Of a stretch of 64,000 bases of DNA, positions 1-13,500 are shown piece by piece. The notes below the pieces were generated by a model, which was given only the letters and a program-made list of their open reading frames with translations, was not told the DNA's origin and ran no database searches. Position 1 is the first letter of the stretch; the number at the start of each line of letters is the position of its first letter. Source of the DNA: Negaprion brevirostris (taxonomy: Eukaryota); the NCBI GenBank assembly GCA_030324005.1, contig JARDVH010000157.1, positions 22,595,527-22,659,526 of the forward strand. Reading direction: 5' to 3'. A program made the translations under genes and the position numbers.

Positions 1-372
1 CTCTTCTGCAAATGGCAATTGACACAAGATCAATTAATTTTAAAACTGAGATTGATAGGTTTTTGTTAGCCAAAGGTGTTAAGGTAAACAGAGCAAAGAC
101 AAGTAAATGAGGCTAGTTTGCAGATTAGTAATGATCTGTTTGAATGGTGGAACAGGCTTGAGGTGCCAATAACTTGCTCTCTTTCCTATCATAGACGACC
201 ATTTGCTGTGTCACAGAATTTGTGCAGCAGAACCTGAGAGAAGCATGCTTGGCATTGCATATGCTTATTCTGCACTGTGCAGTATAACTGCCATGTAATA
301 ATCACTGTAGAACATCCTTTGTAGGAGGTTCACACATGGTATGCAACCTTCAGCCTGAAGAAGACCAAGTCA

Positions 373-905
373 TAGAAACTAGAAGCAGGAGTAGGCCATT
401 CGGCCCTTCAAGCGTCCCTCGCCATTCATTTTGATCATGGCTATTCATCAAATTCAATATCCTGATTTTTTTTTTTTCCCCCCATATCCCTTGATCCCTT
501 TATCCCCAATCTAATTTCTTTTGAAATCAGCCAACGTTTGGCCTCAACTACATTCCGTGGTAGTGAATTCCTCATATTCATCACCTTCTGGGTGAAAACA
601 TTTCTCCTCACATCACTTCTAAAAGTTTTACCCCTTATCCTCAAACTATAACCACTCCTCTACCATTGGGAACATTCTTTCTGAATCTACCCTGTCTAAC
701 CCTGTTAGAATTTTGTAAGTTTCTATGAGATTCCCTCCCACTGTTCTAAACTCCAGTGAATATAATCCTAACCGCCTTAGTCTGTCCTCTTTTGACAGAC
801 CTGCCATTCCAGAAGTCAGTTTAGGAAGCTTTCGCTGCATTCCCTCCATAGCAAGGACATCCTTCCTCCAATAAGGATGCCAAAACTGCACACAATATTC
901 CAGGT
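373..905 (-). mobile_element. CR1 LINE 3' fragment (degraded ORF2 end plus 3' tail)
   Basis: Minus ORFs QFWHPYWRKDVLAMEGMQRK...RLRRLGLYSLEFR...ETYKILTGLDRVD and FTQKVMNMRNSLP are typical CR1 ORF2 C-terminus. Confidence 0.9.
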
Positions 906-1699
906 GTGGCTTAGCACAGATCCCTGTGGGACCCCACTATTCAACTGCTAATCAGAAAGAGACCCATTTATGTCAACTCTTTAGTCAATATCTGTTGTGA
1001 GCCGTGAACGTTCCTAATTGCAAATAACTATTGTCACCAGTGGAGACTACAAGTCTGTATCTGCCCAATCATGGAATACACCTTTTGCTTTGGGCTCAGT
1101 ACAGTCGAAGCCAAGCAAACCAGTGGAACTAGACGAGTTTGAGCTTCAATCCAAAGTTGATTTTTAAAAAAAATGTAGGAAGCAGCACCACAAGAATTGT
1201 TACTGCTTCAGCCATATCAAATACATTAATCTACCAAGTACGCCAATGGCAAGCATTGACACATCACTCTAGCCTGTGGAACTCAAATAGTTTCATCACT
1301 TAGGCCATTGACCTTTGAATGCAGAATTAGGAAGAAACTTAATCAAACAGGGTGATAGAGCCAACATTAAAAAAAAGTTTGATGTTTTGCAACAATGCAG
1401 TTTCTCCGGGATTCCTTTTAAAAAGGTTTCAGCAGTCAGATCTTTGTGGGACATCAGTTTTTGTTCTAGCTTTTGGTGCACACTCATTTTGCCTCCCACA
1501 GCACACAAGTTTCCAGTGTTCACTACATGGATCATATTTACCTTCAATTAACAGCAAATATCAGGGTAAATGAGGTTTACATTACACATTGTACACCAAG
1601 GATTGTGTCAACCAATACTTCTTGCCATGTTGCTCCAAGTAACAATCTAAGTGTGAGCACCATGCACAGCCTGGGCAAGTAGTTTTGCTCCCCCTGCCA

Positions 1700-2068
1700 A
1701 CAAAGAACAAAACAGCCCAGGAAATAGGCCCTTCAGCCCAACGAGCCCGCGCCGCCATTTTAACATTACGAGTCCCCCCTCCACCCATGACCCTTGTCTA
1801 TGCTTATGGCAATCCACATTGAGGGAAGACTAATTTAGNNNNNNNNNNNNNNNNNNNNNNNNNNNNNNNNNNNNNNNNNNNNNNNNNNNNNNNNNNNNNN
1901 NNNNNNNNNNNNNNNNNNNNNNNNNNNNNNNNNNNNNNCCGGAGCACCCGGAGGAAACCCACGCAACCACAGGGAGAATGCGCAAACTCCCACAGACACT
2001 GGCCCAAATCCATGTGTCTGCACAGCAAGCAGTGATAGTCACTGAGCTGTCGTGTCGCCCAGCATCTA
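1700..2068 (-). mobile_element. V-domain SINE with atypical head (copy 1), internal 100-N gap
   Basis: V-SINE core (gtctgtgggagtttgcgcattctcc...gggtttcctccgggtgctccgg on - strand); near-identical to 53476-53770. Confidence 0.8.
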
Positions 2069-4533
2069 GTCCAGTTTAAGCTTACCCTAACAACATGAAG
2101 TACTAGACTGTTCTCGAAACAACCAAGAGTAGCCCTCGTATGACCCATCGCGTGTATGCCCCTCGTTGGACAACAAGGCGGACCAAAGCACCTGTGAAGT
2201 AACAGAGAAAAACATCAGTATCGTCCACATCCTTATACATTACCAGGGCCGTCCCAAGGCTCCTGAACTGCCTGTACTGTGTCATTCTTAACAAAAAGTT
2301 ATGAAAGGCAGCATACCTCATTAATCCTGCAGTGTAAGTGGGAAGTTTCTACAGTGCCAACAGCTACAGCTGGTGTTACTGTACTGCCAATAAACAACTC
2401 TGCAGCATTAGTCAGCAAGATTTTTTTTGTATGTTAAATATCAGCTGTTTCTAATCTGCTAACAGGAAAAAGGCTAGCATAGCAGGAAGAGAGTTATAAA
2501 ACGTAACAAACAAGGAAAACAAACCATAATCAGAAGATGGCGCAGGTTACTGGAGAACTAAATACATTCATTTTTTATTATAAAAACATATACTTGTTTA
2601 TAACTGGAGCTGTTACTCTGGGACATAAAAGGACAGATGGCTGGAATTAGGAGTCATTCATTGATCCCCCACCCTACACTAACACACCCAAAATTGTTAA
2701 AAACTGGATGACGCTTGGTGCTGTTGCTTAATGTTCATTGATGGAGAAAGCAGGGTGAACCCAAACACTCAAAAAAGGTACGCCAACGTTTTGGCCTGGA
2801 TTGTCCTTTTTCTTACAATTGAACTTATCGACTCTTGTAGCTGGCACAAGACAACTAGGTAATTCTTCAAACTTGTTAAGCTTGAACTTTTCTACAAAAC
2901 ATTAGATATTTTTGTTAGGAAGTGATAAGACAGCATAACCCAGGAGACAGTCTCTGCATAGCGTGAACATCTTTACATTTGTTCCTGCAGTGAATTGGAG
3001 GGACAGCAATCTGACAAGGCCTCTCATAGGTATGTCTTGCTCTTTGAATGGGAGGCAGCTTGCCAAGTAACTGAAACATTTTCTGTGCTGTGGATAATTT
3101 ATAAAGTAAGGCTTGCAGTGCTGAACTTGTCGCTGATGGAGAAAACATGATTTGAAGTGGGAGAGGTTGGTTTTGGTCAAAATGTTGAGGCTCAGACAAA
3201 TAAAGGTTTTGGCTTGTTGAATTTCAGGTCAGCATAAAGCCTGGCTATCTGTTATTGAAACAAAAAAAAATGGCCTTGGTGTGGAACACAAGGATGTCCA
3301 TCCAGCGCATTCAGAGCAATATGAGTTAGCATTTTAAGGATCGGGATCTCAAAATTGTGGGTTGAATTCATTTGGATGGATTGTCATTCGACTTTGCAAT
3401 TTGAGGTTTATTTTAATTCATTCCTGGAAATGGACACAGCTAGCAAGGCTAAGAGAAGGTGGTGTTGAGTCACTGTCTTGACCTGCTGCAGCCAGTCTGG
3501 TGTAGGTACACTCGCTGTTCCTTTGGGAAGTTCCCAGGATTTTGCTCTAGCAGACTGCAGGATACTGTGGAGTAATTACTTAATTATTAGATTGGGATTT
3601 GCACCACACTCATTGAACACTGATTGCTATGAGCTCTCGCACATCAATACGAAGTGTGCTGGATTTACGTGGGCTAATTGCAGCACTCCAATTTCAAGTA
3701 CTGTATGTATTTTGCAGCCCAAACCATGGCTGCACTTTGGGATATAGAGCATTGGCTTGGGGAATAGTGATGTTTTGACATTGCAATGTATTTGCAGACC
3801 AATAGCAGTAATAGAAAATTGGTGACTGTCAGGAACCACATCAGCTAAGGATGTGGTTTAATTGAGCAATAATCTACAAATTAAGAAATGTGGGGCCTCA
3901 TTGGACTTGTATTACGGTGGGGCATGGTACTTAATACGTACAAGGAAATTGATACTCAGTAGTGTACTGAAAAACACTCAGCTGTTAAGAAACAGCAGTG
4001 CTTTCTGTTGTCCATGGTGAAGGAAGTGATATTGAATATGTTACACATTTCAATGCTCTGTGTCAGGTTAGACACCATAAATCTTTTCCGCCTGAACCAC
4101 AGCAGCCTTTTCCCTCTCCTTTCCCAGCCATTCCATGGCCTCATAAGTGAGATTGCCAACTGGGGATAGTGTTTTTGTATTTTATCATCATGCCCCAAGC
4201 TTGGTTCACATGGAGTCTTGTGCCCGCCTAACAAACAGAACTTTCATTCCAACTTTCTGGTTCTGGTTTTAAGCCCAACGGTCCCAGAGTGGAAAAACAT
4301 CATCCACTTCATGAGAGGGTAAACAGCCCTATCTTGAGGGTTAACAGCCTCATCCAACACCTGTAAAAAGGTGATTGGCAGGCAGTTGGAATGTGGTATT
4401 GCTGGAACAACCGTCAATACCTTTCATCTATATATGACACTGATTACATCTCATGCTGGTTGAATGTGACGCCATGACTTTCATTGTTACAGATTTTTTG
4501 TTTTTGTGTGTTTTTCTCTTCCTTTCATTATAG

Positions 4534-4593
4534 ATTATGATTTTGGAGATGTCTTTCCTGCAGCACAGTCCATACCCAGCACAGACTGGGAAG
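4534..4593 (+). CDS. PLEKHM2: PLEKHM2 exon, 60 nt, phase 1-1 ([20 protein letters not shown]), W-acidic KLC-binding motif
   Basis: tag acceptor at 4531-4533 after a pyrimidine tract; donor AAG|gtggga; peptide close to recalled human [21 protein letters not shown]. Confidence 0.93.
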
Positions 4594-7500
4594 GTGGGAC
4601 TCTCTTAGGCTTGTGTTGCTGCCTGTTGCATGCTCTGTCCCTAACGCTGTCTGTCTCACTCACTGCATGCCAGCCAGGGCTGCTTCCAGTGGTTGTGTTC
4701 ATGTGCATTTGGTGTTGGACAGAGGAAAAGAATTGGCTGAAATCATGAACTGAAGTCTTTAACATGATTATACTTCATAATCCTGTGGTGATGGCTTTCA
4801 CATTGTAATCAGAGCTAGTATAATTTGGCTGTTTTGCAGAAATCTTAATTGCAACACATGCCTTTTTGGATAATAAATGTAACCTTAGTAGTTTCTTTTG
4901 CATTTGAAGAATATGTATTTTTTAATTCCATTGTGTAGCACAACAGTGACTAACATCTCCAACAGACAACTAGAACCTGAGAGCCATTGGAGAGAACGAA
5001 GCCAGATCTTGACCATACAGAACCTCTCTGACTTGGCATAGGTTTGTTAAAGGAAATCTATCTCGCCTGTAAGAGTCAACTCATTTTGCCCAACTACTAG
5101 AGACCGACAGATTATTCTGTGATTTTGATTGCTATGTGCTTTGACTTTGGCTCACCAAGTGTAATCATATAATCCTACAGTGCAGAAGGAGTCATTCAGC
5201 CCATCGAGTCTGCACTGAGCACAATTTGTGCTCATCAGTCAAGGCCTATTCCCATAACCCCATGCACTTCCCTAGCTAGGCCCCCTGATATTAAGGGGCA
5301 ATTTAGCATGGCCTATCCACCTAACCCACTCATCTTTGACTGTGGGAGGAAACCAGAGAACCTGGAGGTAAACTCACGCAGACACAAGGAGAACATGCAA
5401 ACTCCATACAGACAGCGACGTAATATTCAGGAATAATTTTTTTCACTTTGGATTTACTCCGTTTTCATTTTAGTTGTATTTTTAATATAGAACTGTTGCC
5501 CAAAAGTTTAGAAACCTGTATATTGCTTAACATAATGCAGTTCCTGTTTCACCTCCTTTTTTCTTATGTTGAAATAAGCCCAGCTCACCGATGCTGAGAA
5601 TCAACGTGGACGTAGTTCTTTTTAGGATGTTTTTGATGTGAGGGTCCTTGATGAAATGTGGCAAAGTAATCAACCTTGCCTGGCCCAAGGCGTTCCATAA
5701 TGTCACCCTTTTGCAATCTCACCCTGTGCTGTTTCCTTTGTGCCAAATTGATCCGCATTTCATGTCATTGGGACTTGTGAAGAGTAACTGGATCTTCACA
5801 ATGCCCTGAGGGACTCCCATCAAAGCGCAAGTTATTATGCTCAAACTCTTGGAAAGATGGAGCCACCTGGCTATATTGTTTATGGTTTTTCAGGACCAGT
5901 GTCCTTCTCAGAGGGAGCAAGAGAATTTCACCATTAGGTGTATCATCAAACTAAAGTCTCACACTTCTAGAAATATACAATACCATGAGATTTTCATTCA
6001 CTTTGCTTCAGTTCTGCTTCATGTATATGTTTGGAAACTCTGCCACGTGCAACACCAGCTTGGAGCTGGTTGATTCTAGGTGTGAGAATTGAGATTTGTG
6101 GTCATCAGTCAACTCTTGGCCTTTGTAAATACCAATGCTGATAATCTCCAACCAACCACCGCTGTCTCAACAGCCCCACCCCAGCTCACTCCTCACCTGT
6201 CCTTTTCCCTTGGCTTCCAAAAGGTTAAATAGTCTAGAACCACCTGACTCTCATCTGCCAAATAACGGGGCAGGCATTTTATGTTGTGGCATTTTCCTTG
6301 GTGAGTGTTTTGATTCAGCAGCAAACAGAAAATAATTTGTATTGTGGCTATGCCTGAATGCCAAAAGAACCTGTAACCTATCCATTGAGGAAAATGTCTT
6401 CCGGTGCTCATCACCATTGAGGTATCCTTAACCTGGAGCTGTAGCATCAGCACTGGCCACCACTTGTGGTGGTGCTGCTGAGTTACTGGCCCTTGGATTG
6501 ATCAGGCTTGCAGTTCTGGCAGTGGGCTGCTGTTCTCAACTGGATGGTAACCCTGGCAAAGGCCTGTTGATTGTCCACTGCCAGCAAAATGCCAACCCAC
6601 TGTCACACTGCCTACTGGAGCAGAATCAGTTCCTGCTTTCACTCCTGGCATCAAAACTTCCAGCTCCTTTTGAAAAATTTAGCCCTCCAGAGCATGAATA
6701 AGAGACGTTGGTGAGTGGAATCTTCAGAACCTTTGGTTGCTATCACTGTTGGCTTTTTTTTTTGCTTTATTCTTCATCCAGCCAAATTGCCTGTGCTATC
6801 TACAATGGAGCTTTTTATTGGATCTATGTTGCTTTGTTTATTGTACATCATGGTTCTCTCATTAGATCTGAGACATTACTGAACACTGAAAAAGTGTCCC
6901 GTTTGGATGGGAGCCCTCTACTTCCGCAGAAGAAATATTAAAGCAACTAGACTCCTGGAACAGCAGAATGTCTATACACATAATTGGAGATAACCATCTA
7001 CTGTTGATGCTGGTGTTAAGTGAAAGGATGTGTGGTCCTCAGTGTAGGATTACAGAGACAGTTCTAAATGATCGTGTGCAATGAGCTGGACTATACACTA
7101 ATTTTCAGTCTTGCTTAAAATGCTGCTTCTGATAACCCCATTCTCTTTGCCAATTTGATAATATATACTTTCATTTAAATGAAAATATCCCAGAAATAAA
7201 CATTGGTTTCTACACCTTTTTTTGTACTTATTTCCTATAGAGGGTGAATTGACAGACACAGTCAGCAGCTGCCCTCGATCTGGAACCTCTGAGAGTCTGC
7301 CATCAAACAGCAAGCCCAACACCAGGAGCCCAACCCTACGCTACAACCCCTTCAATAATGAGAAAGAGGAATCTCCGCAAACGCCAAATGGCACTGTTGT
7401 GCCATGTCCTGAGCCTGACAGAGAGGCGAGCACACCTGATCTGCAGGAGAGCAGCACAGAGCTTGAAGTAATTAGGTCAGCCATTATGATTAGGACTTGA

Positions 7501-10500
7501 CTGACGAGGTGACATGTGATTTAACTTTCACTGGAAAATGTACAATCTGATTTTGATCCCCCTCTCCTAAAGAGGTGGCATTAACTTTCATGTTGCTTTG
7601 TTTGACTTTAGGTATGTGACAGAGTATTGTTCTTCCCAGGTGTCCTTGCTAATATTTACCTCCCAACCAACACCACATTTTTTAAGAAGTCTGATCACAT
7701 TGCTACTTATGTGAGCTGACTTTTTGCAAGTTGCCCATATTGTACCAGTGACTATACTTCAAAAAGTACTTAATTTGCTATAAGGTGCTTTGGGATGCTC
7801 TGAGGTTGAGTGGTGCTGCATAAATGTAGGTTTTTTTAACCCTTGTGCCACACCTATCAGTTGTAACTCCCCTGGATCTGTGTGGACTAGTTTGTGAAGA
7901 GCTGTGATCCTCAAATATTTGTTTATTGTACGTCATAAATATTGCAAAACTGCCTGGCCACTACTAAAAGGCAGAACCCAATATGTTTGGAAATGAATGT
8001 AAGCCCACCATTTATTGTGCACTGAGCATGTATAACCATGTACTATGTTGCTGTACAGTCTTTGATATCTGCTAGATTTATATTTGCTTTCTGAATTGTC
8101 ATCTTTCCACAATAAAATGTATAGTCAAAGGGTTCTGTCTATGAACTAGGAGTGTTCTGCCAATCTTGATTGGACAGTACCAGTGTTCCACTGAGTGTCA
8201 GGTGGCAAAACACATTGGGAATAAGACTAATCTTTGACTTTAAGATAGAAAAATTACATTTAAATTTAAGTATTTTCATTTTGATCTGTGATTTAGGAAG
8301 AGTTCAGCAGGCACACGCCACTTGATTGTCTTCCTTCTTTCTCTGGCTGTGATGCAGATCAGTTGATTCTGACTGCCCTTCGATACTTGTTGCTGATTCT
8401 CATTGTTTGTGATTTCAACTCCACAGATTAGCAAAGAAGAGGAGAACGCCCAAGAAGAAAAGAGCAAAGTCTGAGGAACAGATTCTTGATGTGAAAAATG
8501 CAGATGTACAGCTGTCAACGGGGGAAGGTGCCAAGTCCAAGCAGGGCAGTGATTCCGAAGAGCAGAGTGATGAAATGGGTTTACAGAAGTCCCAAGGGAT
8601 TGCTGCTGGCGACGAGGGCTGCAACTCCCAGGACAAGATGTTACAGCTGACGCATAGAGAATCTGATGTGGATGCCCCCCAGCCAGGTTTGCTAATACCA
8701 CAGATGAAGGATACATCTATGAACAGTGTAGGGAATCCTTTAAGCAAGGTGATGGAGCAGCTCAATGGGACATTGGATGCCAACACGTGGACATCAGATG
8801 GTGATCATCCTGAGCAGCCCTTTCGGACTTCTGCCCCGGGGGAAGCCCCGGATGAATCTTCATATAGCCAGTATAGTGAACGGATGTCACCTGCCGTGGA
8901 TTTCTACAGGTTTGCCCTCGAGAGTCCAGGTGCTGGTGCAACAGGTAGCTGCAACTATGACCTTGCAGGGGATGGCCAACCAGCGCATGTTTTTAGTGGC
9001 CATGAGGTTGCTGGCACAGAAGCGTGCAAAGGAGAAAAAATCCCTGACACTGTAGAGGAACCACGGACGACAGAGGAAACTGCTGTCCCAGATTGCCACA
9101 GAACAGAAAACACAGACATTCTTCCAGAACAAGATAACCCGGCTGACGTTGAAACCGGCAAGGTATCAGAGACAAATGTGGAGCAGTTGGAAGTTCAGAC
9201 TTCAACCTCTGAGGGTACAGAGAAAGAAGAGAAAGCTCAAAGTAGCCCTTCAGAACTAACTCATTCTGCTGACTTCAGGTAAAGTAGTGTGATCATTAAA
9301 TATTCTAAGTGTATTTAGTCATAATTGGAAATATAATTTTCTAAAGTGCAAAGGAAATTAAGTTTAGTATTTGCCTAATGGAAGCTGTAACTCGCCATAA
9401 CTCTAACTGCTACAAACATAAGAAATAGGAGCAGGCGTAGGCCATCTAGCCCCTCNNNNNNNNNNNNNNNNNNNNNNNNNNNNNNNNNNNNNNNNNNNNN
9501 NNNNNNNNNNNNNNNNNNNNNNNNNNNNNNNNNNNNNNNNNNNNNNNNNNNNNNNAATAGGAGCAGGCGTAGGCCATCTAGCCCCTCGAGCCTGCCCCGC
9601 CATTCAATAAGATCATGCACTCCATGGAAACTCTTTAGGCTTATATTTATGTCCCTCATCTCTGTATTTGACATTGAAATATTCAGTTCACAGGAGATTT
9701 TATGATGCCCTTCGTTCCAATTTTCAATCAGTTGATTTTTCATAAAATGTATGTGCTAAAATCCTGAAAATACCAAAATAAGTCCACCAGAATGACAGGA
9801 CTGGAAAAGGTAATTGCAGTCCACCTGGCTGTTGCTAATGTTTCTCAGAATCCCACACGATGCACCTTCTTTCATCAAAAACCTGTTCACCTCCCTCTTG
9901 AAGCTGCTGATGCTGTTTGTTTCCATTTTCTGTGTTATCAGTCTGCCCCACACATTCTAACCTGTACTGTAGTTTGTGTATCTGTTGAATATCTCAGTTC
10001 CATCTGATTTCAATCAGTTAAGAGGAATAAACTAAATCCCTAAAGATTTAGGAGCTTAGTGCATTGGATTAAACCTTGGCTTTTCACCTCTGGAATCAGC
10101 TCAAACTGATGGAGTGAAAGTGTATTTTTGTGTCTGGCTATAAAAATCCTACATGGAAAACATTCAGGTAGTATTAAAAAAAATTGTCCCAAATTGACAA
10201 TCTTTCTTGGAGAGAGGACAAGATTATTGTTGTGAAAAGGTGTTATAATATCGCAGAGTGGACAAAATTTTTAACTCTGCATTTAGCTATGCTTAGTGTA
10301 AATGGAGCATGTTGGGGGACATCTCAAGAATAATGATCATAATAGTGAGGAGAAATTCAGAATTTAAAAAAAACTAACTGGAAGAGGGCTAATTTTATCA
10401 AATTTGAGGAGGAGCCTGACTGGTAAATTGGAGTCAAAGACTAGCAGCCAGAAATGTACTGTAGCAATTAGAGGCCTTTAATGAGATCATGGTTCAGGTA

Positions 10501-13500
10501 CTGTTTTAGGAACATTTGAGGAAAGGGAGAGCAACCAAAGCCAGAGCTCTCTGACTAAGCAATTAGAGAGTAGGAGAAGGAATGAGCTGTGACAGCTGAC
10601 AACTTTTTAGTCTGATTTTCCCTGCACTAAATATTAAGGGCAAATGAAAAAGGAAATAAAAGGACCAAAAAAGATAATACAAGAATAGATTAGTGGTGAG
10701 CATGAAAGGGAACCCAAATGTAATCTTATGGCATATTAACAGTAAAATGGTCATCAAAGGAGTGGTAGGGCTGATTTACGACCAGATAGAGAAGTCTAAA
10801 CAGAGGTTTGGTCGGCATGTTAAGCTTTGTAGCTGAATTGTCAATAACCAGAGGACACAATCTCAAAGTGATGGGCAAAACAGCCCAAAGTAGCATGAGG
10901 AAATATTTTTTGAGTAACAAGTGATTAGTATTTTAAATGTACTGCCTAATGAGATGTTGGATGCAGCTTTTGACTTGATTTGTTATTCTCACATGTATTA
11001 GTGTACAGTGAAAAGTATTGTTTCTTGTGTGATATACAGATAAATCATACCATTCATAGAGAAGAAAACGAGAGAGTGCAGAGTGTATTGTTAGTCGTTG
11101 CTAGGGCGTAGAGAAAGATCAACTTATTGCAAGTTAAATCTGTTCTAAACTCTGCCGGCAGCAGGGAAGAAGCTGTTCTTGAGTTGGTTGGCACGTGATC
11201 TCGGACTTTTGTATCTTCTTACACAGGTTCTGTGCTATACTAGGGTTTGTAAGATTTGCAGCTATGTTTTGCCCAATTAACCTTCCCTCTTTTTATTTCC
11301 CCACCACCATCTGTACCTTGTGTCTGCCTCAATGTAATTTCTGAATTACCACCTCTGGACCCCAAGTTCTAACGGTCAGGCAGTTTGCAAGTGACCTATT
11401 GATCTCTGTTGTCAGATAGCAAGTGAAAGTAGACTGAACTCTTGGAGCTTTTTTCATTCTGAAAACAGCACCATATAAACATGCAACAGAATCGAGGGAG
11501 ATCAAATTTGAATTCATGTTCTTCGTGAGATGTTTTCTCTGGTAGAAATATCGTTTCATGTATAATTTCTGATGTACTCAAGAACAACTTCTTCCCTGCT
11601 GCCATCAGATTCTTGAATGGTCCTATCACATATTAAGCTGCTCCTTCCCTTCGCCCTATTGGTAACTGTAACACTACATTCTGCACCGTATCCTTCTCCC
11701 CTATACACTGTGTGAACGGTATGTTTTGACTGCAAAGCATGCAAGAAATGATACTTGTCACATGTATTGGGAAACAGTGAAAACAGGCTGCACGGTGGCA
11801 CGGTGGTTAGCACTGCTGCTTCACAACGCCAGGGACTTGGGTCCAATTTCCGGCTTAGATCACTACCTGTGTGGAGTTTGCACGTTCTCCCTGTGTCCTA
11901 CAGGTACTCCAGTTGCCTCCCACAGTGTGAAAGACATGTTGGTTAGATGCACTGACCTGAACAGGCACTGGAGTATGGCGAATTTCACAGTAACTTCATT
12001 GCTGTGTTAATGTAAGCCTACTTGTAACTAATAAATTAACTTTAAAATAATCAGTTCAATATCAAGAGAAATCTGTTGGGCTTCACTTGAGACTGTTCCC
12101 CTGATAATTGTTTAGAGTTAAATTCAAAAGTGAATTGATGTGACATGCTGTTTGTTGTCAGACTCCGGCCCAGCCATTCATTTTTAACTGCCATAAAAGT
12201 TCAATCTGCGCTTTGCTGTTAGCTTGCATGTTTCATGTTCACAATTTTGCCTCCCCGGTCTTCCCGGATAATATCTTCAATTGTGAATTAAAGATGTGAA
12301 GTTAGTGGATGGTACAGGAGTTGCTCCTGATTTCTGTACCATTTCACTCTATCCCTTAATACCTCAATTGCTTCAGCAACTGTGCTGTTTGTTCCAGGTT
12401 CTTAACAATACTAGTGTGTGAAAATTCTCTTTCTCTCATTTTCTTTTAACCCATTTGATTTGAATTGAATAAGAAGCTTTTTAATAAGTTGCTCCAGTGT
12501 GTTACAGTTGAGGCATCAGCCTTGTGATTCATGTTTCTGTCCTTTCCCCTCAGGGTTGACAATAATCTGCTGCTTCTGCTGATGATTCATGTTTTCAAGG
12601 AGAATGAAGAGCAACTCTACAAGGTAAGGGCAGGACTGCAGTAGAAAATCAATCTGATTTAATTGTAAGGATCCTGATTAATACTTATGGAAGGTACCAT
12701 ATTCAATCCCCAGTCTTTGCAGTGGGAGTAGCAGTGGGAGCACTGCACTTGATTTCAACAGCCTGTGTTAGAGAGGTCATTTGTCCAGCATTACAGCTTA
12801 TGATTGCTATTCAGTAACCCAAACAGCAAGCTGTGGATAGAGCATGAGGACCAGATCAAATATCTTGCTGGCACTTGCACAATGCCAGTGGGAAACTGCT
12901 GGCGCCAAGGAGTAGTGCACAGATGGGTAATATTTCAACCATGTTGAGTCCTCTAAGGAGATTGACTGCTCTCTACGTAGGGAAGAGGGATTTCCCCCTT
13001 TAATATCTCCGATTTTCCTGTTATAGAATCTTAGATTCTACTTCCGGGAAACAACATAGGAAAGCCCAGAGAGAAATGAGAGAAAAATAAGCGACTGCTA
13101 AAACCCAAAACATGAGAGTGGGAAAGTAAATAGAAACTGAGCAAGGGAACCTGACAACAGAAGAACAAACCTGCATGATTTAGAGGGAAACACCTCGGGG
13201 CAAAGAAGGCCTAATGCTGTTTGGGTCCTAGCTATTTGTTGCATGCAGACAGGCAGTCCTATTGCTGTGCAAAGATTTTTAAAGTTGCTGAAGAGTTTGG
13301 GGAGCTCCACTGAATCGGATGTCAAGCCAGACCTGGTGAGCCAATATATTGTTCATGTAAACATCTTAGCTTCTGTCGTGGGCAGCATGGTGGCACAATG
13401 GTTAGCACAGCTGCCCCACTGCACCAGGAACCCACGTTTGATTCCCAGCCTAGGTCACTGTCTGTGCAGAGTTTGCACATTCTCTCCGTGACTGCATGGG

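Noticed and set aside
2103-2321. 72-aa minus ORF in a mildly CpG-rich stretch next to the atypical SINE
   Set aside because: No recognisable homology, no splice support, and not shared with the second SINE copy.
4939-5041. Possible extra PLEKHM2 exon (tgtag|...ATAG|gtttgt)
   Set aside because: All three frames contain stops, including an immediate TGA in the required phase, and there is no similarity to PLEKHM2.
5600-6720. Possible very old DNA-transposon (Harbinger-like) coding remnant
   Set aside because: Only vague peptide resemblance; no motif I could confirm by eye.
9424-9587. Direct repeats flanking ~100-N gaps (also 54690-54945 and 57298-57550)
   Set aside because: Identical sequence on both sides of fixed-size gaps is typical of unmerged contig overlaps, not real tandem duplication.
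10040-10220. LF-SINE-like fragment (ttggcttttcacctctgg..aatcagctca)
   Set aside because: Similarity too short and degenerate to call without an HMM search.
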